IMG/VR virus record: IMGVR_UViG_3300020195_000069
Span: 1 to 40,348 of that record
Length of the DNA: 40,348 bases
Origin: a virus
Lineage: Duplodnaviria > Caudoviricetes
Strand: one strand, 5' to 3'
Part shown: one piece after another, positions 8,001 through 17,456 of the stretch
Numbering within the stretch: the first letter of the stretch is position 1
Layout: each line of letters begins with the position of its first letter
The notes under the pieces: generated by a model
Databases searched by the model: none
Seen by the model: only the letters and a program-made list of their open reading frames with translations
Told to the model about the DNA's origin: nothing
Translations under genes and position numbers: made by a program

Positions 8001-9254
8001 TTACTCCCAAGAGGCTTCATTGTTTGGATGGCCGCCGAGGTACTTCCTGCCATCAATGTTCTGGCCGACAGCTAAACCCCACTCATTGGCTTCGCCGCCT
8101 GTCTTTCCACCGCTAGCCATGTAGCCTCCCGTCTGGTCAGCAAAGCCTGAGACGTTGTAGCCAGCACGACCATAGTTATCCATGACGCGAGCTAGGTCTT
8201 TGCGTAGCAGGATGGAAAGTTGGCGAGATTTGTCGCGAGCAACACCTGGTTTATCCGTTAAAACCGGCATGATCTTGGTGTACTTCTCCTCGTCTTCTTT
8301 GCGAAGAACGCCACCTTCAAGCATTTTGCCGATCTTCTGCCGAACTAGATCGAACTTTGCTTGAACTTTTTTGTGTGTAGAGTTCCAGGGGTTTATTGTC
8401 CAGAGGCCTTCGACTGGACCCATCAGTGATGCAGATTTGACGATAACGTTATCAAGATCATCAGCCAGAGCAACAACGCCTTGCAGCTCGCCATAGTCTT
8501 TGATGGCGCTCTCTCCAAGAATTCTGCCTTGGCTTTTACCACCAGTCTTAAGCCTTTCAGTCCCAGCCTTAAGCCTCTCAATCCCAAGCTTCTCCTGCTC
8601 CATGCCTAGCATCTTGTTCTTGTAGTCTTGGTCCTGCTTCAGCTTCCCAAGGTCAAACTGACCAGCAGCGAGATCCCTCAAACCTTGAAACTTCGTTGCC
8701 TCAGACTGCATCTCTGCACCGGAGACTCCTGATTGGAGTTTCCTGATGGTGTCTTGGCGTTCTCTGCCGGTCTCAGGATTCTTGTAGGACTGAGCGAGTC
8801 TCGAGCCTGACCAAGTGTCCACCAAGGCTGCTAGTGGCGAGAGGTCATACTGAATATCTCCCACCGTCTGATTCATCATGTCTCGGCGAAGAGGTTCGGC
8901 TGACCTGGCTTGAGCTCCAGCAAGGCCGTCGGATCTCTCCTTCAGGCTCTGTAGAGCCTTCTCGTAGTCGGTGAAGAAGCCTCCACCACCACCACCACCA
9001 CCACCACCACCAGGAGGAGCAGGAGGAGGAGGAGGCTCTGCGCCATATGCCTGTGTGTAGAGAGACGCCATACCGGGATCAACTCCTGGTGCGTAAGGCA
9101 TCTGCTCCATAGGCAGAGTCTCTGGTGGTTTATGCATCGCATTAGGACCTACCGAGCCATTGAAGTCCCAGAAGGCCTGCTCTTTGGGGAGAGGCTGTTG
9201 GCGATTAGGATCAATAGGTACTAAGGGCATTCCCTTCCATGGAGACTTGTCCAT
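8001..9254 (-). CDS. Putative DNA ejection / internal virion protein
   Basis: 417 aa, poly-Pro/poly-Gly linker, helical; C-terminal GQNIDGRKYLGGHPNNEASW motif of the kind seen in pilot proteins; gene order. Confidence 0.55.
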   Translation of the reverse strand: MDKSPWKGMPLVPIDPNRQQPLPKEQAFWDFNGSVGPNAMHKPPETLPMEQMPYAPGVDPGMASLYTQAYGAEPPPPPAPPGGGGGGGGGGGFFTDYEKALQSLKERSDGLAGAQARSAEPLRRDMMNQTVGDIQYDLSPLAALVDTWSGSRLAQSYKNPETGRERQDTIRKLQSGVSGAEMQSEATKFQGLRDLAAGQFDLGKLKQDQDYKNKMLGMEQEKLGIERLKAGTERLKTGGKSQGRILGESAIKDYGELQGVVALADDLDNVIVKSASLMGPVEGLWTINPWNSTHKKVQAKFDLVRQKIGKMLEGGVLRKEDEEKYTKIMPVLTDKPGVARDKSRQLSILLRKDLARVMDNYGRAGYNVSGFADQTGGYMASGGKTGGEANEWGLAVGQNIDGRKYLGGHPNNEASWE

Positions 9255-9255
9255 C

Positions 9256-9609
9256 TCAGTAGCCTTTCGCCATCAAAGGACCTTGGCCAGGGAGTAGCGC
9301 ATGAGGTCCAGTTCCAGGAGCTTGCATCAAGGCTTGTTGCTTGTAGTAGTTGGCTTGAGCATCGAGCAGAGCATTCTGCTTATCAGTGCTCGCCATACCC
9401 TGGCCCATCATTGCGCCAGAGATCGCACCCTGCATCATGGAGCCAGTAGGGTCAGCCGCCTGAACAGCCTCTTGGCCAATGTCTGTCCAAGGCGAGTAGC
9501 GAGTGATCTCGGAGTTCAGAAGACGTTGCTTCTTCTCTCTGCCCTTATCTTCTTCGCCTTTGCGAGCACCGACTGCCGTCGTTAAGGCCATCAACAACCA
9601 AGGATTCAT
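9256..9609 (-). CDS. Small Gly/Ala/Met-rich virion (pilot) protein
   Basis: Hydrophobic N-terminus, GAISGAMMG motif; gene order. Confidence 0.5.
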   Translation of the reverse strand: MNPWLLMALTTAVGARKGEEDKGREKKQRLLNSEITRYSPWTDIGQEAVQAADPTGSMMQGAISGAMMGQGMASTDKQNALLDAQANYYKQQALMQAPGTGPHALLPGQGPLMAKGY

Positions 9610-9641
9610 GTCTATCTCTCCTCTCTAGAACTGAAGTGGAA

Positions 9642-10388
9642 TCACCAAACTTTGTAGCCACCGCCGCTTCCTTTGCGGAAGAGGCCAGTGCCCAACATGC
9701 CGCCTTCACCACCAATGCCAGTACCGAGAGCGCCACCCATGCCGAGGAAGCCAGGTTCCTCTTTGTTAGCAGCTCTAGCTTGAGCATCAGCCGTCTTCTG
9801 CGCTCCCCAACCAGCCATATCTTGGTTGAAGAGGTTGGAGTTGAAAGCGTTCTGCATGCCCATACCGCCAATAGCGTTACTGGCGTTGAACTGAGAGTTC
9901 TGATTCAGTACTCCAGCGTTGAACTGAGAGTTCTGATTCAGAGCATTGGTGTTGAACTGATCGGCCTGTTGCTTCATCTGCTCGCCTTGGATACCGACGT
10001 TGTTCCTGGCTAAGGCCGACTGCTGGCCAATGCCCGAGAGGCCTTGAGTCCTCTGAGCAGCAGAGTTGGTCACCATCCGCTCCCTAGCTCCTGAGTCGAT
10101 ACCACCTGAGGCAGCGAGGTTACTCATGCCAGTGCCAAGACCAAGGTTGGTGTCTCTGTTCAACTGATCCCGCATGCCAGACTGCTCCAGACCAATCTGC
10201 TTATTTTGCAGATTCATCCAGGGGTTCATGTCGGTCTTCATCGTGAATGCACTGGCCTGATTAGCATTGGCCTGAAATGGGCTTAGAAGGTTCCCGGAAG
10301 ATCCGAGAATGGATTGAAAGCCAGGTCTAACGGGTCTTCCGTCAGGACGAGTCTCTGCTGCCGGATTAACAATCTGCATGGGCGTCAT
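9642..10388 (-). CDS. Gln/Asn/Gly-rich putative pilot/ejection protein
   Basis: LAASGGIDSG motif and QFN repeats; follows the adaptor gene; GGAG/AAGG RBS. Confidence 0.55.
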   Translation of the reverse strand: MTPMQIVNPAAETRPDGRPVRPGFQSILGSSGNLLSPFQANANQASAFTMKTDMNPWMNLQNKQIGLEQSGMRDQLNRDTNLGLGTGMSNLAASGGIDSGARERMVTNSAAQRTQGLSGIGQQSALARNNVGIQGEQMKQQADQFNTNALNQNSQFNAGVLNQNSQFNASNAIGGMGMQNAFNSNLFNQDMAGWGAQKTADAQARAANKEEPGFLGMGGALGTGIGGEGGMLGTGLFRKGSGGGYKVW

Positions 10389-10402
10389 AGGGCACCTTCT
10401 CC

Positions 10403-11113
10403 TTAGTTATGTTCGTCGTAAGAACTCATATCAGGCTCAATCTCGTTGTCAGCATCAGGCACCATGGTTGTCAGGGTGTCGACCATCCGACCTCTGGTGC
10501 CTTCGAGTTTAGCCAATGCCGATGCATGCCTAGGGCTCCCAGCAGCACGCTTGTACTCAATCCTCTCTCGGAGGAAGTCGACAACGAAGCTCGAGAACTC
10601 GGGGATGTCGCAAGGGTCAGCGCCAGTCGTAAAGCGGTTAGCCTGGCGAATGAACCAAACCTCCATCACCTGTCCCGACTCGTAGGGGATAGGGGAGAAA
10701 GCAATCTTAGGGCTACCAGCGGTTGAGTTGTGAATGAAGTAACCGTAGTCGCCAGATCCAGACGAATTGGTGCGAGCAAGACGGTAAGAGATGAGTTTCT
10801 TCCAGTCTCTGATGCGCTTCACTTCGTAAACGTTGGAGCCTGAGTAGTAAACGATGCCCCGAATCTTGTGGGCATAGATAGTTGTCGGTAGAACGTATTC
10901 GTCGGTGCTAGCTACGAGAGTGATGGTGCCTCTCGTCAGAAAGTAGTCGGGATAGGCCTCAAGGATCTCAGCCTCTGCCTCGTCCACACCATCATTGGCG
11001 TAAGACATGGCTTCCGTCTCGTCGATGAAGTCGTCGTCGTCATCTATGTCGAGCTCGGACTTGATCTTGGTCCAGATCTCGGTCCAGGTGAAAAACTTGG
11101 TCGTGATGGCCAT
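10403..11113 (-). CDS. Head-tail adaptor / tail tubular protein A-like
   Basis: 236 aa; ITLVASTDEYVLP and FSPIP...V-WF...DIPEF pattern typical of podovirus adaptors. Confidence 0.6.
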   Translation of the reverse strand: MAITTKFFTWTEIWTKIKSELDIDDDDDFIDETEAMSYANDGVDEAEAEILEAYPDYFLTRGTITLVASTDEYVLPTTIYAHKIRGIVYYSGSNVYEVKRIRDWKKLISYRLARTNSSGSGDYGYFIHNSTAGSPKIAFSPIPYESGQVMEVWFIRQANRFTTGADPCDIPEFSSFVVDFLRERIEYKRAAGSPRHASALAKLEGTRGRMVDTLTTMVPDADNEIEPDMSSYDEHN

Positions 11114-11120
11114 GGGCTAC

Positions 11121-11645
11121 CTATTTGTAGAAGACGACGAGATGGAAAGCGTTGGACGTGTTGACGTCGGTACTGGTGACTTCAACTGTTTGCGCATTCG
11201 TCATGATGACGTTGATGTAGTTGGCACTGGAGACTGTTGGGTCAGTCGTCATCACCTGCCAGGTGGTCGAGGTGTTGAGCTGAGTGACACCAAAGGCACC
11301 GACGATAATGTAGGGATCAAGGACAGTGATGGTCTTGACCGCGAGAGCGCTGTTGGTGCCAGACACCACTTTGACTCTGAATTTACCGCCGCTATCCAGC
11401 TCTAGAAAGCTGCCAAAGATACCGCCGTTCTTATCTAGACCAGCCGAGCCAACGTCATTAGCGATGGACTTGCCTTTGACGTCACCGCCAGTTCTCAGCC
11501 CCTGAGACATCGAGTTGACGAACGTAATCAAAGAACTCATGCAGTCTCTGACTGCTACGTCTGAGATCCGACTTAGGTTGATGTCCAGTTGGTTCGTCCT
11601 AGGCGTTGCCACCTTGGTCGCTCCTTTCTGGATAACCTTCGCCAA
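11121..11645 (-). CDS. Hypothetical virion protein
   Basis: 174 aa ORF embedded in the structural operon; beta-rich C-terminus. Confidence 0.55.
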   Translation of the reverse strand: MAKVIQKGATKVATPRTNQLDINLSRISDVAVRDCMSSLITFVNSMSQGLRTGGDVKGKSIANDVGSAGLDKNGGIFGSFLELDSGGKFRVKVVSGTNSALAVKTITVLDPYIIVGAFGVTQLNTSTTWQVMTTDPTVSSANYINVIMTNAQTVEVTSTDVNTSNAFHLVVFYK

Positions 11646-14100
11646 GAAGCGAGTGGTCTATGCCGAGGCTATGAAGCTCTAGGGATTCGTTCTTCGGATA
11701 CCCCTTCACCACCCAGGCGTTGCCTGATGCCGTAGGGAAAGTGTTTCCAGTGTCTGCCACAGTCAGCGTGTCGCCTGAATGGGTAATGATCTCCCAGCCA
11801 GTAACGTAAGCACCAGCAATGGCCGGATAGAGGTGATGGCCAACGAGGCTGTCAGAGCCGTCGTTAGGCCAGGTGCCAGAGGCTAAAAGAGCCGTGTTGG
11901 CAGCACCACTCAAGGTCGCTAAGGCGTAGTCATTGCTTCTGGCGATGACGACGAAGCCCTTCTTCAGTTGAAGCTGAGCGTAGAGACAGGAGAGATTTCC
12001 CTTAGGGAACCTACGGAAGATCTTGTGGAGACCAGACGTGATGGAACGCTCCCTCACCGCCTTGATCTGCACTCCCGTCGTCCTGTCGTCTTTGTAGGAC
12101 CACATGTCGATCGAGACATTGCCGGTGAGGTTCTTGGCAATCGCCGTGATATCGGACATCCACTTGGCGACTCTCGTAGAGCCAAAGGCGAAGGCCGAAG
12201 TGATGTAGTCCCAGACAATGGCCGTCTTAGTCCAAGTCGACCAGGCCGTAGCCGTGTTGACCACTGGATCGGTCGTGAGCGAGTCATCCAGCTTGAATAC
12301 GTAGCCACGCTGGTCTCCAATTAAGACTCTGGCATTAGCCGAATCATAGTGGAGAGAGTTGGGCTGAAGGTTGGCTCCAGCACTCATGGTCGTAAAGACG
12401 CCTGACGGCAGCTCCGTCCTCTTAACGTTCAAGACGAAAGCCGAGTTGTTCTTGCCGGTAATGCCTGAGACGAGAGCGGTGGACTCAACTCCGAAGTAGG
12501 CCAAGCCGTTCTTAGTGTCGTAGCAGCCTGACATCCGAGTCTTAGTCGAGAGGTTGGAGTAGGTGGTCTTTAGATGGACCTTGGAAAGGTTTGTGACATC
12601 AAAGCCGTTGGTCCAGCACCAGCCGTTCTCACTCCCAAAGTAGATGCCGTCACTCGTCTTGATGACGTCTTGGGAAACAGATCCTTCAGAGTCTGAGATC
12701 TGAATGGCTCTAACGATGCCGTTACCGAAGACGTCATAGCGACCTTCGATCCTGAATGTGCCGTTTCTCGTAAAGGCTACTGGGTGAGAACCAACCGACG
12801 AGAAAGCCGTGATGTGATCGCCAGGAACATCGACGAAGTTCCCAACAGGTGCCGCTGACACACTGCCCGGCTTACTCTGGAGGATGCGGTTAGACCGCAT
12901 GCCACCAGAAGATGACGTGTCCTGACAGCCTGCATACCAACCATAGTTGTCGATGATGGCGGAAAAGTTACAGCTTGGAATCGGATCATTGTAGATGCCA
13001 TCAGTCGCACCAGGGTAGAGAGTCTCACCGAGGATTACTCGAAGCGAGTTGGAAACCAAGCTATAGGCTACACCTGTCGCTGCTGCTCCACCTCTCGTCA
13101 AAGAGAACGTAACTAAGCCAGACGAGTAGTTGACTGCAATGGCGTAGTAGCGAGTGCCGCTTGGCCCTTCTACTTGGACTTCTCGACCGACGAAGAAGAA
13201 ATTCAAGGCATCTACAGTCGAGACAGTCAGAGTGCCAGCAGCCGTGAAGTTCTGAGCAGAAACAGCGACCGTTGGCTTACTTTCGCTGACATTTCTATCC
13301 AGTGCTGTATCGCAGGTGACAGCAGTGTCGAGCGCTGAGATGTCATCGACATAGGCTTCGATACCGTTGTCTAGGGTTCTGTAAGTCAAAACCCTAACGT
13401 TAGTCGTCGGATAGTTCTGGTTTAAGGCGTTGGCTAAGTTGAGCTTATAGCCAATAGCCAAATTGAAGGCATGACCTGCTGTCGAAGCAAAAACGGTTGG
13501 AGCGCTGTAGTCGACAAAGAATGTGTCGATGCCTTTTATCTGAGCGTAGTAACCGTGGACAAAGAGCGAGTACCAGATGGTCTGAGGAGTGCCATCGACA
13601 TCAGACGGAGCAGTGGCTGTCTCAATCTTGTAGGCCTTTGGTAGACCCGCCTGAAGGAGCGCCCAATTTCCTGACGTATTCCTGTAGACCTTGACCGTTC
13701 GACACCCAGTCTTGATGTTGGTAGTAGGTCCAGGGGTAATGAACAGATGTCCTCGCCACTCAGACCATGTGGCCTTGGCTCCGACTTCGCTATCAGCAAA
13801 AGCATCGTAGGCAGGACCAGCAAGAGTCGACCAAGCAACGTCGCCGTCTTTCAGAAAGTAGAGCTTGGTGCCTGACTTGGCGAAGAGGGTGGTATCAAAA
13901 TAGTAGAGGCTATCAATCCGCTGGTTACCAGCCGGGATCTGAGGAGCAGAAGAGTTGTAGATGGTGATGCCAGGACGCTGGATGAGCTTTCCATTCTCGT
14001 CAATCAGAAGATTGTCCATCTTCCGAGCAGCCGAAGGGTCACCGTTCAAATATTTGTCGGTGATGCCTTTATGGAATGTCTCGATGTCCAGCGTAGGCAT
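11599..14100 (-). CDS. Tail tubular/nozzle protein (P22 gp10 / T7 gp12-like)
   Basis: 833 aa, beta-rich; N-terminal FHKGI...MDNLLIDENGKLIQRPG motif characteristic of nozzle proteins. Confidence 0.65.
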   Translation of the reverse strand: MPTLDIETFHKGITDKYLNGDPSAARKMDNLLIDENGKLIQRPGITIYNSSAPQIPAGNQRIDSLYYFDTTLFAKSGTKLYFLKDGDVAWSTLAGPAYDAFADSEVGAKATWSEWRGHLFITPGPTTNIKTGCRTVKVYRNTSGNWALLQAGLPKAYKIETATAPSDVDGTPQTIWYSLFVHGYYAQIKGIDTFFVDYSAPTVFASTAGHAFNLAIGYKLNLANALNQNYPTTNVRVLTYRTLDNGIEAYVDDISALDTAVTCDTALDRNVSESKPTVAVSAQNFTAAGTLTVSTVDALNFFFVGREVQVEGPSGTRYYAIAVNYSSGLVTFSLTRGGAAATGVAYSLVSNSLRVILGETLYPGATDGIYNDPIPSCNFSAIIDNYGWYAGCQDTSSSGGMRSNRILQSKPGSVSAAPVGNFVDVPGDHITAFSSVGSHPVAFTRNGTFRIEGRYDVFGNGIVRAIQISDSEGSVSQDVIKTSDGIYFGSENGWCWTNGFDVTNLSKVHLKTTYSNLSTKTRMSGCYDTKNGLAYFGVESTALVSGITGKNNSAFVLNVKRTELPSGVFTTMSAGANLQPNSLHYDSANARVLIGDQRGYVFKLDDSLTTDPVVNTATAWSTWTKTAIVWDYITSAFAFGSTRVAKWMSDITAIAKNLTGNVSIDMWSYKDDRTTGVQIKAVRERSITSGLHKIFRRFPKGNLSCLYAQLQLKKGFVVIARSNDYALATLSGAANTALLASGTWPNDGSDSLVGHHLYPAIAGAYVTGWEIITHSGDTLTVADTGNTFPTASGNAWVVKGYPKNESLELHSLGIDHSLLGEGYPERSDQGGNA

Positions 14101-14108
14101 TCAGTCCA

Positions 14109-16181
14109 CTATCTCCCGATCAAAGTGTAGGTACCAGCAGCAAGCGGGATACCGACCGTAACTCTCACCGACGTAGCAGTTGGGAAGTCGATATCAGCTT
14201 TGATCTGCAAGTAGTTGTCGGAGTTCTTCTTCAGAGCCCAGACAAGTGCTCTGGAGTTATTGACCGAGCTTGAGACGTTGTAGGTAACCGTGGTCGCAGT
14301 GCCTTCCCAGTTGACGGCATCTTCCTCGTAGTACTGCTCGCTGGTGATCTGTCGCCAAGAGCCGCCAAGGTCGACGAAGACGTCGGCTAGGTCTGTGTCC
14401 CAGATGATTCGGCCGATATTGCTGGCGGATGCTGAAGGCCTACCAGCCGTAGTGTAGTTGGCCAGCCGCATGCCGACCGCTTGGCCGTTCATGTAGAGGT
14501 TCTTCCAACGAAGGGATACCGTACCAGTGTCTGTAACATTGTCGTTTGTCGGAGCTGGGACAGACGAGAATAAGATGGTGCCCTTGGCGGCATGGGTTGT
14601 TGACTCGAGAGTTAGGCTGTTACCAGACGCCGTACCACCAGTGATTTCTTGACCACCACTCCTACCAGCCAGGAGAGCGTACTGAGTGTGGTCGTCGTCT
14701 CCCAGGCCAGAGACAGTGCCGTGGTCGACCTCGGTGTCTGGGACCGAGCTAACCCACTTGGTGCCGTTGTAGAAGAGGGACATCCCCGAAGCGACCGACA
14801 CGTTAATGTCTCTAAGCGACTGGAGCGTTGCCTGTGTGATCTCAGTCGTGCCGTCAGAGAGAGCGTCATCGAAGTAGATCTTGTTCCACCGACTGCCAAT
14901 AGCACCGAGATTCAACAGTCCATCTGTTGTCGGCTGAAAGATGGCCGATGTTGTCACCAGGCCAGAGCCGTTCGGAGAGATGGCAACGTTACCGTTCACA
15001 TCCGTAGAACTGAACGTATTGCCGTCAAGCCTGAGGTTGTCGATATTGAGCTGGCCAGTGACACCCAACGTACCAGTCACAGTCTGGCCGATAGTGGTCA
15101 TCGCTGTCGTAACGTCGACCACTGACGCAAATGCCGAAATGGTGATCCCACCAGACGTCGAGCTCAACGTGTTGCCGTCAAGCCTGAGGTTGTCGGCATT
15201 GACCTGACCACCAGTGATGGCACCAGTTGTCGTTAGGTTCTCGTTGTCAAAGCTGATCGTGCCTGACGTGTCTGTAATCGAAGCACCAGACAAGACCAAC
15301 GTGCCGATCGTGTGGACACCTGATGCCAGGGTGCCAGTAGTCGTTAGGTTCTCGTTGGAGAAACTGATTGCTCCAGTAGTGTCGGTGATAAGAGCATTAC
15401 CGATGGTGGTCGTGCCAAACGTGGCACTGGTGCCAGCGGTGATGGAGCCAGCGGTGATGACTCCTGTCGTCGTCAGGTTGGTGGCACCAAGGTCAATCAG
15501 TCCAGAGGTGTCTACGATGGACCCAGCCGCTATGGTCATGGTGCCGACAGTGACTTCGTCGGTCCAGATTTTGAGCCAGCGCAAAGCCGTTGTGCCGAGG
15601 CTTAGAGCACTATCGGTAGTCGGTCTGACGTTGTCGGTGAGTTGAACGTAACCAGTCTGAGCGCCAGTGCCGTCTCCAGAGTTGGCGTGAAGCGTCAGGT
15701 GAGTAGAGGCAGACTTGCCACCGTAGATGTGTTGACCGGCATTAACGCCAGTCAGAGCAGTGCCAGTATCGTCTAGGTCATCATAGCCCTGACGAACGAC
15801 GTAGATGTCTTGAGTCTTAGAGAGTGTGGCCGACAGGATCGAGTCATAGCCCCAGTCCATGTCGTAGATCTTGTACCACTTGGCTACTGCGTCACCTTCC
15901 CTTTGCTCCCAGCGGTAGGTGGCAGCCTTAGTATCCCCATCATTCAAGACGACACGCATGTCGTTGATGGTGTTGCCAGCAGCAGGGAGCGCCGCTTGGT
16001 TGGCGACTGACGCTTGAACACTCGGATAGAGCACCGCTAGGACCCAGTCCATAGCCTGCTCAAGGTTGGTTACCTGGCTGCCAAAAGCTGGGTTCGCATA
16101 GCCGAAGTCAGCAAGGGTATGCTTCATCGGATGCTGACCCGGATGGAAGATCTCGAATCTTTGGTGCTCAAAGATGCTCAT
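14109..16181 (-). CDS. Tail fibre/spike-like structural protein with internal repeats
   Basis: 690 aa, Thr/Gly-rich; repeated ISF(S/D)NENLTTTG, DNLRLDGNT and P-TD...LG...RW units; DDDHTQY motif. Confidence 0.65.
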   Translation of the reverse strand: MSIFEHQRFEIFHPGQHPMKHTLADFGYANPAFGSQVTNLEQAMDWVLAVLYPSVQASVANQAALPAAGNTINDMRVVLNDGDTKAATYRWEQREGDAVAKWYKIYDMDWGYDSILSATLSKTQDIYVVRQGYDDLDDTGTALTGVNAGQHIYGGKSASTHLTLHANSGDGTGAQTGYVQLTDNVRPTTDSALSLGTTALRWLKIWTDEVTVGTMTIAAGSIVDTSGLIDLGATNLTTTGVITAGSITAGTSATFGTTTIGNALITDTTGAISFSNENLTTTGTLASGVHTIGTLVLSGASITDTSGTISFDNENLTTTGAITGGQVNADNLRLDGNTLSSTSGGITISAFASVVDVTTAMTTIGQTVTGTLGVTGQLNIDNLRLDGNTFSSTDVNGNVAISPNGSGLVTTSAIFQPTTDGLLNLGAIGSRWNKIYFDDALSDGTTEITQATLQSLRDINVSVASGMSLFYNGTKWVSSVPDTEVDHGTVSGLGDDDHTQYALLAGRSGGQEITGGTASGNSLTLESTTHAAKGTILFSSVPAPTNDNVTDTGTVSLRWKNLYMNGQAVGMRLANYTTAGRPSASASNIGRIIWDTDLADVFVDLGGSWRQITSEQYYEEDAVNWEGTATTVTYNVSSSVNNSRALVWALKKNSDNYLQIKADIDFPTATSVRVTVGIPLAAGTYTLIGR

Positions 16182-16190
16182 CAGATCCCC

Positions 16191-16421
16191 TTAAGCCATG
16201 TCCCAAGTTGAGTCCCAGGTGGCGTCTTGTTCTTTCCGATTCTCGATCCTGGTGCTCACACCGTCGTAGGTGTAGCGAGTCCTAGAGCAGGGAGTGCCGT
16301 TGGCAGCATCGGTGTGTGCCGTGTAGACGTCGGTCATCCGTCCGCCAACGTCATAGACGAGGTGCTGCTTCACCATCTCGTGGGCTTCGGTCAGAAGCCT
16401 GCCGCGTCTGTCTTGTGCCAT
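16191..16421 (-). CDS. Small virion-associated protein
   Basis: 76 aa, GGAG RBS, co-oriented within the late operon. Confidence 0.6.
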   Translation of the reverse strand: MAQDRRGRLLTEAHEMVKQHLVYDVGGRMTDVYTAHTDAANGTPCSRTRYTYDGVSTRIENRKEQDATWDSTWDMA

Positions 16422-16441
16422 GAAGAAACTCCCAAAGGAGA

Positions 16442-16468
16442 AGGGAGGGCCGATTAAGACCCCCCCTG
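16442..16468 (-). terminator. Candidate hairpin terminator/attenuator
   Basis: Minus-strand GGGGGGUC-UUAAUC-GGCCCUCC followed by CUUCUCCUUU, just after the 16479 stop. Confidence 0.35.
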
Positions 16469-16478
16469 ATCACCAGAC

Positions 16479-16952
16479 TTAAACAACGTCACCGTAGTAG
16501 AGCCACTGGACCCAGATGACCATTTTGCCAGCCGTCAGAGCTTCCACAGCGACTGTCGCTGTGACTGCAAGGTCAGACGTGGTCGTCAGCCAGCTAGCCG
16601 TGGTCTCGAGCTTCGGAGTGCCTTCGATTGCACCGGCAGCATCCCAGGTCGTGCCAGTGGAGATTGCTGCTGCCGAGACAACGTCGTTGGCTGCGACAAT
16701 CTTCAGAGCGATGGTTCCAGCATCGGTGGCCGATGTGAATGTCGTGAGCACCTTGTACCAAGCCCCGGTCACTAGACAATTCTTGGGAATCGTCAGGCCA
16801 AGATCATAAGGTCCGATTGCACGGTTAGCAGTGACAGCACTCGGATCAAAGATGCACTTGGCCATACCGACTTTGGCACCGTGTTTGGCTGGAGCCTTGG
16901 CATGGCTTTCGGCGTTATCGAGGTTTGTAAGATCGAGCTGATTGAAAGACAT
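16479..16952 (-). CDS. Putative capsid decoration / minor structural protein
   Basis: 157 aa, beta-rich; TIPKN...FTS...LTAGK pattern; second gene downstream of the major capsid gene. Confidence 0.6.
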   Translation of the reverse strand: MSFNQLDLTNLDNAESHAKAPAKHGAKVGMAKCIFDPSAVTANRAIGPYDLGLTIPKNCLVTGAWYKVLTTFTSATDAGTIALKIVAANDVVSAAAISTGTTWDAAGAIEGTPKLETTASWLTTTSDLAVTATVAVEALTAGKMVIWVQWLYYGDVV

Positions 16953-16983
16953 AGATTTTATCTCCTAAGGAGTGATGTGTTGA

Positions 16984-17379
16984 TTACGATGCTGCTCTGA
17001 GTACCGAGTATCCGAGGATGTGGTCAGTCGATGGGTCACCGCTCAACGTCACCGTGATGGTGTCAGCCGTCGGCACAGCTTCTACGATGCTACGAGGCGT
17101 AGCACCCTTGGTCTGTACAGTGACATGCACGACATCCGTAGCCGCTAGACCAGTCACCGTGATGACTTCGGTTGCATCGCCACCAAGACTTGTAAACTTG
17201 CCTGCGAACTTAACTACGTGACTTGGCGTGACACCTGCCGCCAGATTCGCCAGCGCTACCGCACCAGCCGCAAGTCCGCCTTCTTCTGCTGACTCAACCA
17301 AAGTGCCCAACTGAACCTTATGAGCAACAGAGCCCATCTGGTTATTGAGCAAGTATTTCTGCTCGTCAGTGATCGCCAT
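16984..17379 (-). CDS. Putative capsid decoration / head fibre protein
   Basis: 131 aa; ITVTGLAATDVV motif; immediately after the capsid gene. Confidence 0.6.
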   Translation of the reverse strand: MAITDEQKYLLNNQMGSVAHKVQLGTLVESAEEGGLAAGAVALANLAAGVTPSHVVKFAGKFTSLGGDATEVITVTGLAATDVVHVTVQTKGATPRSIVEAVPTADTITVTLSGDPSTDHILGYSVLRAAS

Positions 17380-17410
17380 AGATCACAATCCTTTCAAAAG
17401 GGAGACGAAG

Positions 17411-17443
17411 AGAGCCAGGAAGGGGAATTACCCTCCCGGCTCT
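17411..17443 (-). terminator. Hairpin downstream of the major capsid gene
   Basis: AGAGCCGGGAGGG...CCCUUCCUGGCUCU stem 13 nt after the stop; pyrimidine-rich tail without a clean U-run. Confidence 0.5.
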
Positions 17444-17456
17444 GTTCGACCTAGGT

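Noticed and set aside
8983-9036. (CCA)n and (GGA)n trinucleotide runs
   Set aside because: They encode an ordinary poly-Pro/poly-Gly linker.
9880-9960. 33-nt-period direct repeat
   Set aside because: Explained by the LNQNSQFNA peptide repeat in the pilot-like protein.
14880-15400. Repeated DNA segments in the 14109-16181 gene as a DGR template/variable pair
   Set aside because: They are in-frame protein repeats (DNLRLDGNT, NENLTTTG) with synonymous differences, and no reverse transcriptase gene was recognised.
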